This document shows positions 38,892 through 47,362 of a stretch of DNA of 64,000 nucleotides, in pieces. The translations under genes were made by a program, and so were the position numbers. Each line of letters begins with the position of its first letter. Within the stretch, counting starts at the first letter, position 1. Source of the DNA: Candidatus Parcubacteria bacterium (GTDB lineage Bacteria > Patescibacteriota > Saccharimonadia > UBA4664 > JBIOIQ01); contig OY970378.1 of NCBI GenBank assembly GCA_963718875.1, positions 477,373-541,372 on the forward strand, written 5' to 3'. Under the pieces are notes generated by a model, which saw only the letters and a program-made list of their open reading frames with translations, ran no database searches and had not been told where the DNA came from.

Positions 38892-41237
38892 ATGGCTAGT
38901 ATGAATTTAGAAAGTAATTATTGGCTCAATTTGGCAGTTCGCCAAATTGTACAAAAATACCCGGAAGGTGATTTGGTAGTTTCAAGTGGGATTTCCCCTT
39001 CGGCGTCCTATCATATAGGCCATTTCCGCGAAACACTAACTGCTGATGCTTTAGCTTGGGGTTTGAGGCAGGCTGGGCGCAAAGTTATCCATAAGCACGT
39101 GGTAGATAATTTTGATCCATTGCGTCGCCGCTATGACTTCCTGCCGGAAGAGTATGAGCAGTATGTGGGTTGGCCAATCTGTCTATTGCCCGACCCGTTC
39201 GAGAAATGTATTGATGAGCACAAAACCTACGCCGAGCATTTTTACCGCGAATTTGAGAAGTATGCAGTCGCTATGGGAGTTGGTGGGGAGAAAGAGGAAA
39301 AAGCCGGAAATTTTGTAGCCATCCGCAGTTATGAGCAACTTTACGCCAGTGGCAAGATGGCTCCTCAGATAGAAAAGGTTGTAGATAAAAGTGATCTTAT
39401 TCGTCAAATTTTCAAAGAAGTCTCGAATCGCGATTTGCGTGAGGGGTGGTTGCCGTTACAGCTACTGGGACCAAATAAAAGCTTTAATGAGCTCAAGTTT
39501 AAATCTATCGATGTAGCTGCAAAGATAATAGTTGGAGTTGACGAAAGTGAACACGAGCATAGCCTAGATTACACACGAGGCGAAGTTAAGTTAAACTGGC
39601 GACTAGATTGGCCTGCTCGGTGGCAGATACTTGGTGTCCAAGTGGAGCCATTTGGGGTTCAGGAGCATGGTGCTGCCGGAAGCTCGTATGATACGGGAGT
39701 GGCTTTTAGCGAAAAAGTTTTTGGCTATCCTGCTCCAATGCCAGCCGCGCCTTACGGCAATATTCACCTGCTGGGTGATAATACTAAGATGAGCTCGTCT
39801 AAAGGTAATTTAATCACTCCAGAGCAGGCACTTCAAATAATGCCGGCCGAAATACTCCGATATTTCATTGTCCGAAGCAAGCCTGAGCGGACACTCTATT
39901 TTGATTCCGGGGTTGGACTATTCAACTTAATCGATGAGTTTTCGCAGATTCAAGAGGCCTTATCGAAAGACTTGACACATGAATTTGCTGATGCTTATTA
40001 CTTTGCTACCGCCAATACTACAGCAGAAAAGGTGATCTCAAGTGTGCCGTTTAACCACTTGGTAACGGCATATCAGACCGCTAGAGGTGATTTGAGTCAG
40101 GTCGTGGATATCCTGGCTAGAACAGGCTGGAAGCCGGCTGATAAGGCCGAGGAAGAGGTCTTGGGACGAGAAATCGTCTTTGTCAGTTCCTGGCTGGAGC
40201 GATATGCTCCGGACAGTATAAAGTTTCAAATCCAGCCAAGTTTGCCCAAGGTGCAGTTATCTGATACTCAGAGAGCTTTTTTAGGCCTGTTAGCGGCAGC
40301 GCTAGATAAAGAGGTAATAGCGGATGGTCAAAAAATGCACAATGAAATTTATACGGCTTCTGAAGGGGCTAAAATCAAACCGGCAGAGGCTTTTGAGGCA
40401 CTATATTTGGTGATTCTGAATAAAAAAGCCGGCCCTAAAGCGGGGTGGTTTTTAGCAAGTCTTGAGCACGAGTGGCTGGTGAAGCGATTACGGGAGGCTA
40501 CAGAACAGACTTCGGTGCAATCCGAGGCGGAACCGGTGCAAGATTTGGTGGCTCAGCTTGATCAAGGTAGGCAATTTAAGGTTGAGAGTGATTTGTTGAA
40601 GGCTTTTCCAAATACAGCCATTGGTTATTGCGTGGCGGATATTGAGGTAGAGGGTCGCTCTGATTATGATTTCGAAGGATTAAAATTGGCGCTGGAAATG
40701 GCGGGAGTGACGCTGGATAATATAGCTAATCAACCAGAAATAAAAGCTTGGCGTGAGGCTTACAAGATTTTTGGCGTAAAACCAAGTGATTATCGCAGCT
40801 CGGTCGAGGCATTAGTGAGGCGGGTGTTGGCTGATAAACCTTGGCATGTAAACAGTATTGTAGATACGTATAACGCTGTCTCGGTTAAGTATGTGGTGGC
40901 TATGGGTGCTATGGATTTGGATGAGGCTCATGGGGATATTAATCTTAGATTTGGCAAAGATGGTGAACTGGCTAATTTGATGGGGGTGGAGGAGCCTGTT
41001 GTTGTGAGCTCAAGACAGCCGGTCTATGCTGATGATGAGCAGATTATTACATGGTTGTGGAATTACCGTGACGCGGCAGCTACAGCTGTTACAGCTAAGA
41101 CTAAAAAGGCGGTTTTCTTTATCGATTCGGTGCGAGGGCGAGAGGCTGTTGAGACGGCTTTGAAAGAGCTAGTCAGAGAGCTGGAGCAGAAGCATAGAGC
41201 AAATGTGTTGACTCAAGGGATTCTATCGGCTAGTTAA
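38892..41237 (+). CDS. lysS: class I lysyl-tRNA synthetase fused to a C-terminal B3/4-type tRNA-binding/editing-like domain (~250 aa)
   Basis: HIGH motif (ASYHIGHFRE). KMSKS-like KMSSSKG. The C-terminal segment carries IKAWREAYKIFGVKPSDYRSSVEALVRRVL, characteristic of B3/4 domains. Confidence 0.8.
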   Translation: MASMNLESNYWLNLAVRQIVQKYPEGDLVVSSGISPSASYHIGHFRETLTADALAWGLRQAGRKVIHKHVVDNFDPLRRRYDFLPEEYEQYVGWPICLLPDPFEKCIDEHKTYAEHFYREFEKYAVAMGVGGEKEEKAGNFVAIRSYEQLYASGKMAPQIEKVVDKSDLIRQIFKEVSNRDLREGWLPLQLLGPNKSFNELKFKSIDVAAKIIVGVDESEHEHSLDYTRGEVKLNWRLDWPARWQILGVQVEPFGVQEHGAAGSSYDTGVAFSEKVFGYPAPMPAAPYGNIHLLGDNTKMSSSKGNLITPEQALQIMPAEILRYFIVRSKPERTLYFDSGVGLFNLIDEFSQIQEALSKDLTHEFADAYYFATANTTAEKVISSVPFNHLVTAYQTARGDLSQVVDILARTGWKPADKAEEEVLGREIVFVSSWLERYAPDSIKFQIQPSLPKVQLSDTQRAFLGLLAAALDKEVIADGQKMHNEIYTASEGAKIKPAEAFEALYLVILNKKAGPKAGWFLASLEHEWLVKRLREATEQTSVQSEAEPVQDLVAQLDQGRQFKVESDLLKAFPNTAIGYCVADIEVEGRSDYDFEGLKLALEMAGVTLDNIANQPEIKAWREAYKIFGVKPSDYRSSVEALVRRVLADKPWHVNSIVDTYNAVSVKYVVAMGAMDLDEAHGDINLRFGKDGELANLMGVEEPVVVSSRQPVYADDEQIITWLWNYRDAAATAVTAKTKKAVFFIDSVRGREAVETALKELVRELEQKHRANVLTQGILSAS

Positions 41238-41315
41238 ACTTGTGAAGACACTTTTTTTGCGCTAAATTAAAGCCAGCGCCGGACCAGCCGTCGCCTGTTT
41301 CGTGGAGGATGAATC

Positions 41316-41723
41316 TTGAGCCCACTTGAGGTTGCCGCTCTGAAGAGCCTGAATAAGGCTCGCAGAGCATGGGGATTGCCTTCGTGGCCGGCGCTGGTTC
41401 CGGCTACACCGTCCGACCCCTGTGGATGCGAGTTCTGGAAGGGGCTGGTCGACGGAGACCCATTGGTCTCGGTCGGAGCAGATCACATCATTGCTGGCCG
41501 AGATGCTGCTCGAGTCATCTATGCCGCCTTTGGCAGACTTGATGACGAGGGGAGAAGATGGGAGGTTCTGAGGGGAGATCTGGTCAAGATCAGGATGAGA
41601 GATACTCTCGCGAGCTTCGTGGAGGCCTTCGACGAGCGCCGTTTTCCTCATCTCATCGACGACGAGGCGGACGAGGCGTACCGGGTTAAGAGGGCGGCCG
41701 AGCAGACATTGGTTTCTGCCTAA
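41316..41723 (+). CDS. GC-rich (~62%) orphan hypothetical protein (135 aa), foreign-looking
   Basis: GGAGG Shine-Dalgarno with a TTG start. GC3-rich, protein-like frame. Followed by a 15-bp perfect hairpin at 41737-41778. Confidence 0.5.
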   Translation: MSPLEVAALKSLNKARRAWGLPSWPALVPATPSDPCGCEFWKGLVDGDPLVSVGADHIIAGRDAARVIYAAFGRLDDEGRRWEVLRGDLVKIRMRDTLASFVEAFDERRFPHLIDDEADEAYRVKRAAEQTLVSA

Positions 41724-41736
41724 TTGCTGCGCAACA

Positions 41737-41778
41737 TGATCCACCGTCGGTGGGGGGTTATCCCTCCACCGACGGTGG
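41737..41778 (+). terminator. 15-bp perfect inverted repeat hairpin (ATCCACCGTCGGTGG...CCACCGACGGTGGAT)
   Basis: Seen directly; GC-rich stem without a strong T-run. Confidence 0.5.
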
Positions 41779-41830
41779 ATTTAAGGTCACGGATTTATTA
41801 TTTAGCTACAAAGACGTATAATAGTAGTCA

Positions 41831-43141
41831 ATGATTGACATTAAACATCTACGAGATCAGCCGAAACTTTATAAAGACTCCGCGCACAGTCGCGGAGTAG
41901 TTGTTGATATCGATAAACTGCTTGAGCTCGATAAGCGACGAACTGAGCTTATTGGCCAGATTGAGGCTTTGCGGGCTAAGCTGAACGTCAAAGGTAAGCC
42001 GAGCGAGGAAGAGCTCAAAGAGCTGCAAGAATTCAAAGCTGAGCTAGGCTCACTCGATAAAGAGTTCAGTAAAATTGACTCTCAGTTCCAGAAGTTGCTT
42101 TATTCAGTGCCAAACCTCCATTCGTCCGATACTCCGATAGGGAAAGATGAGTCAGAAAATGTCGTAGTAAGGCAAGTGGGAGAAATTCCTGTTTTTGATT
42201 TTAGCCCAAAAGAGCATTGGGAGCTTGGTGCTGATTTGGACGTTATAGATAACGAACGTGCTGCCGAAGTTGCAGGCGGCCGGTTTACCTACCTTAAAGG
42301 TGGGTTGGTTAAACTACAGTTTGCACTAATCAGCTTTATTACTCAAAATCTGACCGATCAGGCTACCATTGCGGAGATTATTTCGGATGCGGGTATACCA
42401 GTTGATCCAACGCCCTTTGTGCCGGTCGTACCACCTGTAATGATCCGCAGAAGTATACTGGAGCGTATGGCACGGCTTGACCCCATTGAGGATCGGTATA
42501 GGGTAATTCCTGGAGATGCCAAAACTTTGCCAGATGAATTCGACAACGACCTTTTTTTGGTTGGAAGTGCCGAACATACGTTAGGGCCACTTCATATGGA
42601 TGAAGCCATCTCAGAGTCAAGGCTGCCGCTTCGATATTTAGGCTACTCAACGGCTTTTAGGGGTGAGGCTGGAAGCTATGGAAAAGATGTAAGAGGGATC
42701 TTGCGCGTCCATCAGTTTGATAAACTGGAGATGGAATCGTTTAGCACTCCTGATACATCAATTGCTGAGCAAGACTTTTTTGTAGCCGTCCAAGAGTTTA
42801 TTCTTCAGTCTTTAGAGTTACCTTATCAGGTTGTGGCCATTTCTACTGGCGACATGGGTGATCCCGATTATCGCCAAGTCGATATCGAGACCTGGATGCC
42901 TGGTCAAAATAAGTATCGCGAAACGCATACGGCCGATTTAATGACGGATTATCAATCGAGACGATTGAGAATAAAACTTAAGCGAGAAGATGGTCAAACT
43001 GAATTTGTCCACATGAATGACGCTACAGCATGTGCTGTTGGGCGTCTACTCATAGCTATAATGGAAAACTATCAAACAGCTGAGGGGAAAATTAAGGTCC
43101 CCAAAGTTTTGCAACCATACTATGGAGGTGAGTTTTTATAA
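41831..43141 (+). CDS. serS: seryl-tRNA synthetase
   Basis: N-terminal coiled-coil arm; class II core; C-terminal ...GGEF. Confidence 0.85.
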   Translation: MIDIKHLRDQPKLYKDSAHSRGVVVDIDKLLELDKRRTELIGQIEALRAKLNVKGKPSEEELKELQEFKAELGSLDKEFSKIDSQFQKLLYSVPNLHSSDTPIGKDESENVVVRQVGEIPVFDFSPKEHWELGADLDVIDNERAAEVAGGRFTYLKGGLVKLQFALISFITQNLTDQATIAEIISDAGIPVDPTPFVPVVPPVMIRRSILERMARLDPIEDRYRVIPGDAKTLPDEFDNDLFLVGSAEHTLGPLHMDEAISESRLPLRYLGYSTAFRGEAGSYGKDVRGILRVHQFDKLEMESFSTPDTSIAEQDFFVAVQEFILQSLELPYQVVAISTGDMGDPDYRQVDIETWMPGQNKYRETHTADLMTDYQSRRLRIKLKREDGQTEFVHMNDATACAVGRLLIAIMENYQTAEGKIKVPKVLQPYYGGEFL

Positions 43142-43185
43142 TAAACCAGCACGTAGCTAATAGTAATTAAATCAGGAGGTATGCA

Positions 43186-43557
43186 ATGATTGAGGTACAG
43201 GTTAGTGGTAATAATTACGAGTTGAACGATAAAATTACCGATTACGTGCAGGAAAAAATTGGCAACCTAGAAAAATACTTACCTAAACAAGTTCGAAATG
43301 GCATTAAAGGTAGTGTAACCTTAACCACTGACGTTTCAGGAAAAGAAGGTAATCAATGCGTTTGTGAAGCTATTATTCCGGTAAAAGGAGCGGTGATTGA
43401 GGCTAAGGAAGCCACAATGAATATGTTTGCGGCCGTTGATATTTGCGCTGCTAAGTTAAAAGCTCAAATGGTTAAGTACAAAGACAAAAACAGTCCGCGT
43501 CAAAACCGAGCTAAGGTTTTTGTGGCTAAATTGACCAGGCGTTATGTCGAGGAATAA
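43186..43557 (+). CDS. hpf: ribosome hibernation promoting factor (RaiA/HPF)
   Basis: MIEVQVSGNNYELNDKITDYVQEKIGNLEKY signature. Confidence 0.85.
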   Translation: MIEVQVSGNNYELNDKITDYVQEKIGNLEKYLPKQVRNGIKGSVTLTTDVSGKEGNQCVCEAIIPVKGAVIEAKEATMNMFAAVDICAAKLKAQMVKYKDKNSPRQNRAKVFVAKLTRRYVEE

Positions 43558-43673
43558 CGTGATCTTGAAGTAGAAGTCAGACTTCTAATCTAGAGGTCAT
43601 CTAACTGGATTTATAAGTCTGACTTTCGAAGGATCGCCTGCGTGACCTTGCTTGCCAAAAGCTGTATAATTAC

Positions 43674-46319
43674 TTGAACATGAGTATTTTTACTAAAATA
43701 TTAGGTGATCCCAACGCGCGGGAAGTTAAAAAGGCCCAGCCCCTGGTAACCAAGACTAATGAGCTGGAAGACCAGATAAAAAAGCTATCCGATGCAAAAC
43801 TACGTGATCAAACTAGTTCTTTGCGAGATAGGGTCAAAAAAGGCGAATCGCTTGATAAACTTCTGCCGGAGGCGTTTGCTACTGTACGTGAAGCAGCGCG
43901 AAGGGCTATTGGCCAGCGCCACTTTGATGTGCAGCTGATTGGTGGAATTGTGCTTCATGAAGGTAAAATAGCTGAGATGCGGACTGGTGAAGGTAAGACC
44001 TTGGTTGCAACAGGGCCGGTATATCTTAACGCCTTGGAGGAAAAGGGCGTACATGTTGTAACCGTCAACGATTACCTAGCGAGTTTGCATGGGGCCTGGA
44101 TGGGTCAGGTCTATCATGCTTTAGGGCTAACTACCGGGGTAATTATCCACGACCAAGCTTTTTTGTATGATCCCGAATTTAGCAATGACGACCATTCAGA
44201 TGAGCGCATGAAGCCCTTGCGTCCGGTAAGTCGCCAGGAAGCGTATAAGGCAGATATTACTTATGGTACCAATAATGAGTTTGGGTTTGATTATTTGCGC
44301 GACAACATGGTAGATGACGTCAGCCGGATGGTGCAACGTGACTTACATTACGCCATTGTTGATGAGGTGGACTCAATCTTGATTGATGAGGCGCGTACTC
44401 CTTTGATAATTTCGGCTCCAGCCGAGGAAAGTACCGATAAGTATTTGCGTTTTGCTCAGATTGCTCGACGCTTAATTCCAGACAAGCATTATAGCGTCGA
44501 CGAGAAGCTCAAAGCTGTTAGCCTGACAGATGAAGGTATCATGGAGATCGAGAAAATACTGGGAGTAGAAAACATCTATGAAGCTGGTCGAATAGATGAT
44601 GTCCACCACATAGAGCAGTCACTGAAGGCGGAGGCATTATTTAAAATTGATCGAGATTACGTTGCTCGTGAAGGTGAAATTATTATTGTGGATGAGTTTA
44701 CGGGTAGGTTGATGCCTGGTAGACGGTACAGCGAGGGGCTACATCAGGCAATTGAAGCCAAGGAGAACGTCCAGATTCGTAATGAATCCTTGACGCTAGC
44801 GACAATTACATTTCAAAATTATTTTCGACTGTATAGCAAGCTAGCCGGTATGACAGGTACGGCGGCTACGGAAGCAGAAGAATTTGGAAAAATATACGAA
44901 CTGGACGTAACCAATATTCCCACTCATCGACCAATGGTGCGTCAAGATCTGCCGGATCGAATTTACAAGTCTGAGCTGGGCAAGTTTAAGGCTGTGGCTA
45001 AAGAAGTCGCCGAGCGTCATACTAAGGGACAGCCGGTACTTCTAGGTACGGTCTCGATTGAAAAAAACGAGCTTTTGTCGGAAGTTTTGAGCCAGCTCAA
45101 AGTGCCACATCAGGTATTGAACGCCAAGAATAATGAGGCCGAAGCAGGTATTATTGCCTCGGCTGGGCAAAAAGGTCAAGTAACTCTTGCGACCAACATT
45201 GCCGGGCGAGGTACCGATATTATGCTGGGGGAGGGCGTGTCAGAGCTAGGGGGATTGCATGTCATAGGGACTGAGCGGCACGAATCGCGCCGGATTGACA
45301 ATCAACTTCGAGGAAGAAGTGGCCGGCAAGGGGATCCAGGTTCCAGCCAATTCTATGTATCCCTAGAAGACGATCTGATGCGTATATTTGGTGGCGAGCG
45401 TATAGGTAGCCTTATGAACACTCTGGGCCTTGACGAAGAGACGCCAATCGAGAATGGCATAATCACACGCTCGATCGAAAGTGCCCAAAAGAAGGTGGAA
45501 GGGCATAATTTTGATATTCGTAAGTCCCTAGTGGAATATGATGACGTTATGAATAAGCACCGGACGGCGATATATGTGCGTCGCCGCAAAGCTTTGGAAA
45601 ATGCTGATCTGAGGCCCGAGATTCAGGGGTTTGTGGAGCACGAAGTCGAATTAGCCGTAAATGCACATACCGATAGCCGTACAAGAGTTACTGATATTGC
45701 GGCTGTAGTGGAGGCAGTAGCTGGGATTATGCCTTTGGATCATGATTTGATCAAAAAACTTGAAGCGGCTCATCCCAACGAAGTTATCGATATATTAAAG
45801 AAAACTACTCATGATCTGTATCAGCAACGGATTGTCCAGTTTGGCGAAGAGCACATGCATATACTGGAGAAACTGATCTACCTGCGTATTCTTGATAACC
45901 TTTGGATAGAGCACTTGGAGGCTATGGATAGCCTGCGTAGCGGCATTGGCCTGAGGGCAATTGGGCAGCGGGATCCGTTGGTGGAGTATAAAAGTGAGGG
46001 ATACAAGATGTATCGCAATTTAATTGCCATTATGGAGGCTGAAGTAGCTTCTTCAATCTTTAAAGCTTCAATTGGACCGGCAGAAGGGGCGGAGGTTCCC
46101 TTCGACTCCGCTCAGGGTTTGCAGCCTGTAGAAACGGCTTTAACTAAAGCAGCTCAGGCAGCTGCTACTAACGCTCCTGACGAGCAGGTTAAAAAACCTC
46201 AAAGGTCAAAAGTCAAAAGCGAAGGCAAAAAAGTGGGTAGAAACGATATGTGTCCTTGCGGATCCGGCCTTAAGTACAAGAAATGCGGCATGATAAACTC
46301 GCCGTCGCATAAGGGTTAA
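43674..46319 (+). CDS. secA: preprotein translocase ATPase SecA
   Basis: DEAD-like motor motifs and a C-terminal zinc finger CPCGSGLKYKKC. Confidence 0.95.
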   Translation: MNMSIFTKILGDPNAREVKKAQPLVTKTNELEDQIKKLSDAKLRDQTSSLRDRVKKGESLDKLLPEAFATVREAARRAIGQRHFDVQLIGGIVLHEGKIAEMRTGEGKTLVATGPVYLNALEEKGVHVVTVNDYLASLHGAWMGQVYHALGLTTGVIIHDQAFLYDPEFSNDDHSDERMKPLRPVSRQEAYKADITYGTNNEFGFDYLRDNMVDDVSRMVQRDLHYAIVDEVDSILIDEARTPLIISAPAEESTDKYLRFAQIARRLIPDKHYSVDEKLKAVSLTDEGIMEIEKILGVENIYEAGRIDDVHHIEQSLKAEALFKIDRDYVAREGEIIIVDEFTGRLMPGRRYSEGLHQAIEAKENVQIRNESLTLATITFQNYFRLYSKLAGMTGTAATEAEEFGKIYELDVTNIPTHRPMVRQDLPDRIYKSELGKFKAVAKEVAERHTKGQPVLLGTVSIEKNELLSEVLSQLKVPHQVLNAKNNEAEAGIIASAGQKGQVTLATNIAGRGTDIMLGEGVSELGGLHVIGTERHESRRIDNQLRGRSGRQGDPGSSQFYVSLEDDLMRIFGGERIGSLMNTLGLDEETPIENGIITRSIESAQKKVEGHNFDIRKSLVEYDDVMNKHRTAIYVRRRKALENADLRPEIQGFVEHEVELAVNAHTDSRTRVTDIAAVVEAVAGIMPLDHDLIKKLEAAHPNEVIDILKKTTHDLYQQRIVQFGEEHMHILEKLIYLRILDNLWIEHLEAMDSLRSGIGLRAIGQRDPLVEYKSEGYKMYRNLIAIMEAEVASSIFKASIGPAEGAEVPFDSAQGLQPVETALTKAAQAAATNAPDEQVKKPQRSKVKSEGKKVGRNDMCPCGSGLKYKKCGMINSPSHKG

Positions 46320-46423
46320 AAACAATTTAGCTTTCTTAATCTAGCCGCTGTCAAAAGTCAGTGGGTACATGTCAATTGTTACTTGAGTGCTATAATTAAA
46401 GCATAACTAGGATTTTTACAGAT

Positions 46424-46690
46424 ATGCGTCAGATTGACGCCAAAACTCAAACTACAGGAGAGTTGCAAAAGATTGACGGGACCCCAATCCCGGAAGATGA
46501 GCCGTTAATATTGTTTAGGGGTAAGGACAAGCTATTACCTGATATGTTGCGTAGCTATAATGAGCTCTGTCGAGCTGCTGGGGCTGATGAGGCTCAGCTA
46601 TCGGTGGTCGAGGCTAAGATTAAGTCGATTGAGGCGTGGCAAAGGGCTAACCAAGATAAGGTTAAGGTTCCAGATTATGTCGCGAAGTGA
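46424..46690 (+). CDS. hypothetical protein (88 aa)
   Basis: ORF of native composition overlapping the start of the VanZ-like gene; no recognisable motif. Confidence 0.4.
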   Translation: MRQIDAKTQTTGELQKIDGTPIPEDEPLILFRGKDKLLPDMLRSYNELCRAAGADEAQLSVVEAKIKSIEAWQRANQDKVKVPDYVAK

Positions 46691-47069
46691 TTCTAGCTCT
46701 ACGCTCGGATATCAGATTAGGCACTTTTTTATTTACTTTGCCATTATGGTGAGCGTGATAGTGCTTTTTAAACCTGGTGGCGACGGACCGCTTCCGTTCC
46801 CTCAGGCCGATAAGGTAATTCACGCTTTGACGTTTGCTTTGCTGGCGCTGGGGATGAGGTGGCGAATTCTAAGCTGGAAAGTAATCTTTGTGAGCCTAGC
46901 ATCATATGCCGCATTAAGTGAACTTATTCAGCGTTACTTTGTTCCAGGAAGAGAGTTTGATTTGGTAGATATTACAGCTGATTTGTCGGGCGTGATTTTT
47001 ATCCTGATTTGGGTGATGCTGTCTAAATTGTCATCCCGAGCCGTCGGTCGAAGGACGAGGGAACTATGA
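46679..47069 (+). CDS. VanZ-like family membrane protein
   Basis: DKVIHALTFALLAL...GREFDLVDITADLSG. Confidence 0.7.
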
Positions 47070-47362
47070 AGGAATATAGCGTCTATATCACAACTAATAA
47101 CACAGGCACACTTTATGTGGGTATGACTGGTGACCTGCCACATCGCATGGACCAACATAAGGCGAAAACATTTCCGGGGTTTACCAACAAGTACTGGGTG
47201 GATAAATTGGTATACTTCGAGATGACTTCTGATCCGATCGCTGCAATCTCACGAGAGAAACAACTCAAAGGCTGGCGACGATCGAAAAAGATTAGCTTAA
47301 TAGAATCGATGAATCCTGGCTGGCTAGATCTGTCCATAGATACTTCGGCAGGCTCAGCATGA
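47066..47362 (+). CDS. GIY-YIG nuclease family protein
   Basis: YSVYITTNNTGTLYVGMTGDLPHRMDQHK (GIY-YIG core). Confidence 0.8.
   Translation: MKEYSVYITTNNTGTLYVGMTGDLPHRMDQHKAKTFPGFTNKYWVDKLVYFEMTSDPIAAISREKQLKGWRRSKKISLIESMNPGWLDLSIDTSAGSA

Noticed and set aside
43800-44054. Short antisense ORFs inside secA, ileS, murD and lysS (many entries in the ORF track)
   Set aside because: All lie opposite long, motif-supported genes and show no start-site signals.
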